Shown piece after piece: positions 54,164-60,610 of a stretch of 60,610 bases of DNA; positions within the stretch are counted from its first letter, which is position 1, and every line of letters begins with the position of its first letter. The stretch is from Escherichia phage Pondi, in the sequence record OP136151.1; one strand, given 5' to 3'. Under the pieces are notes generated by a model that was given only the letters and a program-made list of their open reading frames with translations, made no database searches and was not told the DNA's origin. Both the position numbers and the translations under genes were made by a program.

Positions 54164-55282
54164 TTATTTCAGTTTGTCGGACCAGGTGGTAACACTACCA
54201 TAAAGTGACTGCAAATACTTCAGGTCGTTGTTACGGTTGCTCAGTTCCTGTGAGATCAACTTGTTCTTCTGGTCCGTGGTTAAGTCCGGGTTAGAAGAGA
54301 TGTTGTTGATGTTCACTGAACTGTTGTTTAACAGGTTGTTCACCGAGTCCGTATAACTACCACGGGCGTTGGCCTGAATAGACGTTGCGAACTGTGCGGC
54401 GTCCTGCTTCAGCTTGGCGTTCTCCAGACCGAGGTTGGCGTTGAACTCAAACTGTTGTTGCTTCAGGGAATCTTTAAACTGCGACGCCTGATTCTTAATC
54501 TGCTCGGCAGCCTGCGCTTCTGTCACTTTACCGGAGCGGATTTGCTCGGCCAGGCTTTGGCTGAACTGTGACGCCTGGTTGTTGATCTGCTGCTGGGCTT
54601 GCTGCTCGCTGACCTTACCGGAACGAATCTGTTCTTCTAAAGACTTTGCGAACTGTGACGCCTGGTTGGTGATTTGCTGTTGTCCTTGCCCTTCTTGCAC
54701 CAGGGCGGCACGTTCGGCTTCTGTCAATTGACGATCCGTCTGACCTTCCTTTACCTGTGTGGCGCGTTCAGCTTCCGTCTGGCTGCGATTGTACTGCGCT
54801 TGACCTTGCGACTGGGTAGCCATCTGCGACGCCATGTTTTGTGCAGCCGCATCCGTGGCCGCCTGACCCATGCCTACAGCCATAGACGAGTTACCCATAC
54901 CTCGACGTGCTGCCTGACGCTGTGCAGTAGCTGCCGCCTGCTGCATCATCGGACTGTTCTGCGCCGTCAACTGATTGTACGCCTGATCCACAGTCTGGTA
55001 ATTGTTGGCAGCGTTGGCGTTATTGTTGTTTGCTACGGCACCATTGGTCACCTGCTGCGGTGCTGGCTGTGACGCAACGGGTACCGCCTGCTGCTGCTGC
55101 TGCTGAGCCTGTGCCGCCTGCGCCATTGACGAGGCCACATTCGACTGCTGTGACGCGTCGTTCTGAATGTTGCTCGCACCCAGCGCACCGGACGTGGACG
55201 AAGGGGTGCTCGTAGCGAGCACCTGATCCGGCTGGTTAGTAGTGGTGCTATCCGACTGTGCCGGGTTAGTTAATCCTGACAT
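54164..55282 (-). CDS. Gln-rich virion protein with internal repeats, about 372 aa
   Basis: Start at ATG 55282 (TAATG overlap with fibre stop); repeats QASQF(A/S)(K/Q)SL(E/A)EQIRSGKV x2-3; poly-Q tract. Confidence 0.5.
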   Translation of the reverse strand: MSGLTNPAQSDSTTTNQPDQVLATSTPSSTSGALGASNIQNDASQQSNVASSMAQAAQAQQQQQQAVPVASQPAPQQVTNGAVANNNNANAANNYQTVDQAYNQLTAQNSPMMQQAAATAQRQAARRGMGNSSMAVGMGQAATDAAAQNMASQMATQSQGQAQYNRSQTEAERATQVKEGQTDRQLTEAERAALVQEGQGQQQITNQASQFAKSLEEQIRSGKVSEQQAQQQINNQASQFSQSLAEQIRSGKVTEAQAAEQIKNQASQFKDSLKQQQFEFNANLGLENAKLKQDAAQFATSIQANARGSYTDSVNNLLNNSSVNINNISSNPDLTTDQKNKLISQELSNRNNDLKYLQSLYGSVTTWSDKLK

Positions 55283-56898
55283 TATGCGCTCCTGTACCAT
55301 GCAACTAAGATTAGAGACGATTCTACCACGCCAAAGGACGTACCGGAACCAGTGTTGCTTAACGACAATGTGGCACTATGTCCGTGACTGCCGTAAGCCA
55401 CTGTGTGGCTGTGCGCTCCCAAAGCTACAGTGTGCGTGTGACTGCCGACCGGGAAGGTGTGAGTGTGCGCACCTAAAGCTACAGTGTGCGTGTGCGCACC
55501 GAGGTCGAGTGTATGCGTGTGGTTATCAGCACTTGATGTGGTGACGTTACCCGCTGACGTAGAGTCGTTTGCTGCTGCGCGTAATCTCGCTCCCGGTCCG
55601 TCGACTGTATACGCAGTGAACGTGTGATTGTGACCGCCAGCACCACTGGTGGTGATAGCACTAGGATCGTAACCTGATGTGGTTTTGGTACCGTAGTCGA
55701 AGCTGGATGTGGTTTTCGCTGCGATGGTAGTGTTATCCAGAGTGTCGGTACCCAGGTCAACAGATGCCAGAGTGTCGGTACCCAGGTCGGTGCTGCTCAC
55801 GGTACCCATTGTCACTGAATGGTTGTGCGAGGCCAGGTTGTTTGTCGAAAGCGTCACACTGTCAGCGCCTGTCGTTCCGTTAACGTCACTGCCCGTGGCG
55901 TTGGACATACGTAATGATGTCGACGCTGGTAAGCGTACCCATGTGGTACCCGGATACTTAACGTTAGGATCGATGTCAGCGTCAAAGAACTCGGTACAGC
56001 CGGGGAACAGTTCCAGTTCAAGAATAGCCGCCTGCACGCGGTCGAGAAAGTTCGGCGCGTTAACGATGTCGATAGCTTCCTGCGCGTAAGTTGCCGCGTC
56101 CGCCGCACTACCTGCCGCTGCCGTTGCGGAGTTTGCCGCTGCCGTTGCGCTGGCGTCGGAAGCCGTAGCAGAGTTCGCCGCTGCCGTCGCAGAGTTCGCC
56201 GCTGCCGTGGCGCTGCTGGCGGCGTTACCCGCAGATGTGTTTGCCGCAGACGCAGAGTTTGCCGCTGCCGTGGCGCTGCCGGACGCTGCCGTGGCGCTGC
56301 CGGACGCTGCCGTGGCGCTACCTGCTGCTGAATCTTTGGACGCGGTGATAGCGTTTGCTGACGCTAGAGCATTCGCTGCTGACGCCGCTGCTACGTTACG
56401 CTCACTCAGTGCCGTAGCTTCACTGGCCGCCGCGAGCGCTGCCTTAGCCTGGGCAATTGAAAGCTGCTCAAAGGCGGTAGTGTAATAGCGTGCACCCATC
56501 TCCAGAATCTGGAAACGCTCACCGTTATAGACGAATGTGTAGACACCTTCGGCAAACAGGTCACCTGCTGCCACCGCACCAAACACTGACAGCGTGACAT
56601 TTTTAGCGGCCAGGTCGTTTACGCTCAGGGTAGACGGTCCGGTAGACGCATCGTTGATTCGGAGCGCAACGTTACTCCCGGCAACATAGTCGGTATCAAA
56701 GTCATCCAGCGTGGCGATGTGATCGTTCCCGGTACCCGTATCCGTTGAGTAGTTCAGGGTACCGGAAGTTAACTGGGAAGCAGGCGGGACCACCGAGAAA
56801 GCCTCGGTGATCTTTTCCATCTCACGGTTGTAGTCGAACGGGTCGACAATCGTACCCGCTTCAGCCGGATTAATAAAGTTGTAATATTCGTTACTCAT
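55282..56898 (-). CDS. Tail fibre protein 2, 538 aa, Ala/Ser-rich repeats and C-terminal HxH repeats
   Basis: Paralogue of 56895..58520; NHTHTLDLGAHTHTVALGAHTHTFPVGSHTHTVALGAHSHTV recalls metal-binding HxH motifs of fibre tips; ATGA coupling. Confidence 0.65.
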   Translation of the reverse strand: MSNEYYNFINPAEAGTIVDPFDYNREMEKITEAFSVVPPASQLTSGTLNYSTDTGTGNDHIATLDDFDTDYVAGSNVALRINDASTGPSTLSVNDLAAKNVTLSVFGAVAAGDLFAEGVYTFVYNGERFQILEMGARYYTTAFEQLSIAQAKAALAAASEATALSERNVAAASAANALASANAITASKDSAAGSATAASGSATAASGSATAAANSASAANTSAGNAASSATAAANSATAAANSATASDASATAAANSATAAAGSAADAATYAQEAIDIVNAPNFLDRVQAAILELELFPGCTEFFDADIDPNVKYPGTTWVRLPASTSLRMSNATGSDVNGTTGADSVTLSTNNLASHNHSVTMGTVSSTDLGTDTLASVDLGTDTLDNTTIAAKTTSSFDYGTKTTSGYDPSAITTSGAGGHNHTFTAYTVDGPGARLRAAANDSTSAGNVTTSSADNHTHTLDLGAHTHTVALGAHTHTFPVGSHTHTVALGAHSHTVAYGSHGHSATLSLSNTGSGTSFGVVESSLILVAWYRSA

Positions 56899-58520
56899 GC
56901 TGTACGTCTCCAGCCGACGAGGATAGTAGATTTTGCCACGATGCTGAAAGCCTGATCAATACCCGTGTTACCGATGCTGGCTGTCACTGTATGGTTGTGA
57001 CTTCCCACCGCTACCGTGTGAGTGTGGCTTCCCACATCTACCGTGTGACTGTGTGTACCCAGCGACACAGTGTGTGTATGTGCACCGATACCAACAGTGT
57101 GGTTGTGTGACGGTAGGTCGAACGTATGCGTGTGGTTACCAACGCTGGATGTGGCGACGTTACCCGCAGACGATGAGTCGTTTGCTGCTGATTTAAGTTT
57201 TGCCGTAGTACCGGTACCGTTAATAGCGGGTACGGTATGACTGTGACTGCCTGCGGCACTTGATGTGGCGTTGGCGTAATCATAGCTGGATGACGTAAGG
57301 TCACCGTAGTCAAAGCTGGATGATGTCAGGTTACCGTAGTCTTTGCTGCTGGATGTTTTGGTACCGTAGTCAAAGCTGGTTGACGTCTTGTTACCTAAAT
57401 CCGTATTGGCAATTGTCGCGGTACCAGTATGGTTGTGCGATGGTAGGTTGGCTGTTACCAGTGTCACAGTGTCAGAGCCTACCGTGGTCATGACGTCGCT
57501 TGCTGTGGCGTTGGATGTGCGGATGCTTTGCGATACCGGGAGACGTACCCAGGTGGTGCCGGGGTATTTGGTGTTAAGGTTAATGTTCAGCGCATAGAAT
57601 TTGACGACACCCACGTCCAGCGTACTGGTTAACAGGACACCCATTACCGCCGCCTTAAACGACGCGTCACCGATAGCGTTGAGCGCAGTCTGAGCGCTGG
57701 CCGCCGCTGCCGTTGCTGAGTTTGCCGCTGCCGTTGCTGAGTTTGCCGCTGCCGTGGCACGAGTGTTAGCCGTACTGGCGCTACCTGCCGCTGCCGTGGC
57801 GCTACCTGCTGCTGACGTGGCGCTGCCGGACGCTGCCGTGGCGCTGCTGGCGGCGTTACCCGCAGATGTGTTTGCCGCAGACGCAGAGTTTGCTGCATTG
57901 GTTGCAGACGTCGATGCGGCGCTGGCAGAGTTTGCTGCGGTTGTCACACCCGAAGCTGCGGCGCTGGCGCTGCTGGCTGCATTACTCGCGCTTGTCGCTG
58001 CGGCGCTGGCGCTATTGGCTGCGTTGGTGGCGGATGTGCCAGCGTTTGTGGCGGCGGTAGTCGCTTGGGTAGCTGCGGTCTGCGATGCGTTTACCGCACC
58101 GGAAACAGTGTTGACTACCTGGAAACGGGTACCGTCATAACGGATGGAATAGATGGTGCCTGCACGCAGATCGTTAGCCACCAGTGGACCGAGCGCTGTA
58201 GTCAGGTTGACGAGCGGCTTAGGGCCGAGTCCGTTAATGTTGAGCGTGGCCTCCCCGGTGTTATTAACGTGAATATTGAGCAACACCTGCATACCCGTGA
58301 TATAACCGAACCTGCCGTCGAAGCGCGGTAGAGTTACGGTGTACGCCGTAGATGTACCCTGCGAACGGGCATAGTTTCCGGTGTTGGAGGCCAGTGCATC
58401 TGGCGACGGCAGGATGTCGAAAGCACGGGCAATCGCGGAGAAGTCGCCGTTGTATTTTGTTGACTCCAGACGGTCGCCCGGTTCCACCGGGTCCATGTAG
58501 TTGAAATAAGTGTTAGCCAT
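56895..58520 (-). CDS. Tail fibre protein 1, 541 aa, Ala/Ser-rich repeats and C-terminal HxH repeats
   Basis: Ala/Ser/Thr/Asn-rich repeats; GAHTHTVSLGTHSHTVDVGSHTHTVAVGSHNHTV; TAATG coupling with upstream large tail protein. Confidence 0.65.
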   Translation of the reverse strand: MANTYFNYMDPVEPGDRLESTKYNGDFSAIARAFDILPSPDALASNTGNYARSQGTSTAYTVTLPRFDGRFGYITGMQVLLNIHVNNTGEATLNINGLGPKPLVNLTTALGPLVANDLRAGTIYSIRYDGTRFQVVNTVSGAVNASQTAATQATTAATNAGTSATNAANSASAAATSASNAASSASAAASGVTTAANSASAASTSATNAANSASAANTSAGNAASSATAASGSATSAAGSATAAAGSASTANTRATAAANSATAAANSATAAAASAQTALNAIGDASFKAAVMGVLLTSTLDVGVVKFYALNINLNTKYPGTTWVRLPVSQSIRTSNATASDVMTTVGSDTVTLVTANLPSHNHTGTATIANTDLGNKTSTSFDYGTKTSSSKDYGNLTSSSFDYGDLTSSSYDYANATSSAAGSHSHTVPAINGTGTTAKLKSAANDSSSAGNVATSSVGNHTHTFDLPSHNHTVGIGAHTHTVSLGTHSHTVDVGSHTHTVAVGSHNHTVTASIGNTGIDQAFSIVAKSTILVGWRRTA

Positions 58521-60610
58521 TATCGTACCTTTCTACGTGGTGACCATTCGAATGATAAATCCTCTGCGGTAAACTGCGGATGGATTCGTGACCGGATGTA
58601 CAGCATCGTGCTGACGTCAAAACCTAAGCCGTCAATGTCAGATGAGATTGTCGGGTTTTCCGTGGCATCCCAGTAGACCTGCCCCCACAGCGACAAATCC
58701 CAGCGACCGCCGCCGGACACTAACAGGCCAGATTCGACCGATGCCTGCGGAGTGGATGCGCCTTTATTGTACGAGAAAACGACACGCGCGTTAAGGTAAG
58801 ATTGTGCGCGGATACTCATGTCCATACGGCGGTACCGCTTACGGGTATCCGGGTCACCCTGGTTGGCGAAGGAAGTACGGAATACTGATGACCGTTCACC
58901 GCCATCGTTACTGGCCCCTACGGAATCCTGATAGACGTATCCGGTATCCGAGATGAAGAAGATACGACCGTACGGGTTGACCGCAGCACGCACCGTCAGA
59001 CCGCCGTAGTCAAACATCGAGAAGCCGATCACATTCCCCTGATTAGTGGAAAGGGCGATGTTGACGTCTCCCTCAAAGTGGAGTCGGTACTGCCCTCGAC
59101 TCTTCCTTGCCATTGCGCAAGTGCAGCGAGAATAGTTAGGTACGATGGTGTCTCTGATGACGTCGCTGATAGTACCGTCGCTAAAGTTACCAAATTGGTC
59201 AGTCCGGTCGATACTAATGATGCCTGCCTGGGCGAGTACGAGTGATTGAGACTGGTACACCCCAGTAAATTTAGAGATACCAGTATGCTGAGTAATAACC
59301 TCTTTTTGCCAGTCATCAATGCTGCTCCCCTCAAGACTTTGGATGTCTTTATCTGTACAAATAATAAGCGATTTTGGTGCCGGAATCAGTGAAGAGATTT
59401 CCGAACCTACGCCGACCGCCAGTGCGCCGAGGCCACCGCTCCAGTCCATCGGGCTACCCAGCACGCTGTGTTGCAGGCTACCTTTCGGGAACGCGAAGAA
59501 CAGATGGTCTTTGTATTCCACTACATCGAACGGGGTATCCGTGTCAGCCTGCGTCGGGATAAAGGAGAAGCCATGCGTCTCGTCGTAAACGAAGCCGTTG
59601 CTCACACCGTTCACGCCGTACATTGCGAACGTGTTCATACCGCCGAAAAAGTTGTGGTTGGTGAAGCGGTACAGACCGTTAGCCGGGAGAACGTTAGGCG
59701 TGGCCGCCGCCGTCACTTCACCGATGTCAACGTTATACGTATCGTTGTGAATCACTTCGCCAGCCTGGAACGTTCCGGTCACGTCAGTGAACGTCAGGTA
59801 ACCGGACGAGTGGTCCTGAGCGATGTAACCTACCCAGCCGACGGTTGCCGTAGCGCCGGACGTCACACCACGGATTGTATCGCCCGGACCGAGTTCGTCG
59901 TCAGTGGTGGTAGACGGGCGCGTATCCCATCCCATCGTAAAGCCCAGGTCGACTTCCTGCCAGCCTGTCACCGTACTGCGATACATTTTAGTGCTGTTGG
60001 CGTCAGCGTCACGGAACGAGTACACGACACCTTCCAGATCCCATACACCGCGCACACTGTTGATACCCGGCACCACGCCAATCTTAGCGCGACGTAATTC
60101 ACTCAGGTAGAAGAAGACACCTGCGGGAGTATCCGGGGAGGCCAGCATCGGTTCCACTTCATACTCACCGTTGACCTTATACTCGGTACCGTCACCCTTC
60201 ACCATAGTCTCGCCAACCTGCACCGCACCAGCCAGCGTGGACACGTACACCCACATGTCAGCGTTGGTAACTTTGATGATGTTCACTTCCACTGTAGCGG
60301 CTGAGGATAAGCCCAGTAACGCATTGCCGACTTCCAGCGTGTTAGCCGCCAGCGGTGACATCAACAGAATCGTAGTGCGTGTAGCTGTCGGACTGTAGCT
60401 GCGTTGGTCAATAGCTTCCGTCGAGAGGTACTCGATAACGTTAGCGCCGATATTCTCACCCGGCATGAATGTGACACCATTAGTGACATCACACCAGATT
60501 TCTTTACCGAAAACCGCGCCGACAGTTGCTACCGCGCCGGACGTTGGTCCTGTGATAACGTCACCCGGTAGCAGACCTGTAACATCGTCCGTCATGTTGA
60601 GGCTGTACAC
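58520..60610 (-). CDS. Large virion/tail structural protein, C-terminal 696 codons of the junction-spanning gene (5' end is 1..257)
   Basis: Track ORF runs to window edge and begins with an internal GTG; in frame with 257..1 across the 77-bp overlap; lies between adaptor-like gene and the fibres. Confidence 0.65.
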   Translation of the reverse strand: MYSLNMTDDVTGLLPGDVITGPTSGAVATVGAVFGKEIWCDVTNGVTFMPGENIGANVIEYLSTEAIDQRSYSPTATRTTILLMSPLAANTLEVGNALLGLSSAATVEVNIIKVTNADMWVYVSTLAGAVQVGETMVKGDGTEYKVNGEYEVEPMLASPDTPAGVFFYLSELRRAKIGVVPGINSVRGVWDLEGVVYSFRDADANSTKMYRSTVTGWQEVDLGFTMGWDTRPSTTTDDELGPGDTIRGVTSGATATVGWVGYIAQDHSSGYLTFTDVTGTFQAGEVIHNDTYNVDIGEVTAAATPNVLPANGLYRFTNHNFFGGMNTFAMYGVNGVSNGFVYDETHGFSFIPTQADTDTPFDVVEYKDHLFFAFPKGSLQHSVLGSPMDWSGGLGALAVGVGSEISSLIPAPKSLIICTDKDIQSLEGSSIDDWQKEVITQHTGISKFTGVYQSQSLVLAQAGIISIDRTDQFGNFSDGTISDVIRDTIVPNYSRCTCAMARKSRGQYRLHFEGDVNIALSTNQGNVIGFSMFDYGGLTVRAAVNPYGRIFFISDTGYVYQDSVGASNDGGERSSVFRTSFANQGDPDTRKRYRRMDMSIRAQSYLNARVVFSYNKGASTPQASVESGLLVSGGGRWDLSLWGQVYWDATENPTISSDIDGLGFDVSTMLYIRSRIHPQFTAEDLSFEWSPRRKVR
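60534..60610. repeat. 77-bp terminal direct repeat, exact copy of 1..77
   Basis: Identical to the first 77 nt of the window. Confidence 0.9.

Noticed and set aside
56201-57893. Possible CRISPR-like array suggested by repeated GC-rich units in the fibre genes
   Set aside because: Repeats are in-frame coding repeats (Ala/Ser-rich octapeptides) of irregular spacing inside long ORFs; no repeat-spacer architecture, leader or cas genes.
1-60610. Integrase, repressor/lysogeny module or tRNA genes
   Set aside because: No ORF shows tyrosine or serine recombinase motifs and no tRNA-like T-arm sequence was seen in the few noncoding stretches; the phage is therefore treated as virulent, with the caveat that the search was by eye.

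Overview
The window is a complete, circularly assembled dsDNA phage genome of about 60.5 kb: the first 77 nt (1..77) are identical to the last 77 nt (60534..60610), and a large late gene reads through that junction. GC is near 50% and codon usage, sigma70-like promoters, a lipobox lipoprotein and a CsrA homologue suggest an enterobacterial host (inference). No integrase, tRNA, CRISPR array or recognisable phage RNA polymerase was seen, so the phage is probably virulent and host-RNAP dependent. Layout: (1) a late/structural minus-strand block running 12451 -> 1 and on through 60610 -> 43455 (terminase small and large subunits, S74-type tail fibre, portal, scaffold, capsid, large tail protein, two paralogous HxH-repeat fibres, low-complexity internal proteins, a 2192-aa giant protein, membrane proteins); (2) a 451-bp repeat-rich noncoding region (12452..12902); (3) an early plus-strand block (12903..28313) of about 45 small, mostly unrecognisable ORFs, including a putative C5-methyltransferase, HAD phosphatase, DEDDh exonuclease, PhoH, HNH endonuclease, an outer-membrane lipoprotein and two acidic proteins; (4) an inverted minus-strand replication block (28327..34046: SF2 helicase, VRR-NUC-like nuclease, primase-helicase, Dam-family N6-adenine methyltransferase); (5) a plus-strand replication/recombination/lysis block (34187..43458: Cas4-like exonuclease, SSB-like protein, phi29-type family B DNA polymerase, MazG, DUF3310, RdgC-like, GH108 endolysin, holin, CsrA-like protein). 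All homology calls come from motif recognition by eye; no database search was run, and many starts were refined by RBS and stop-start overlap logic.
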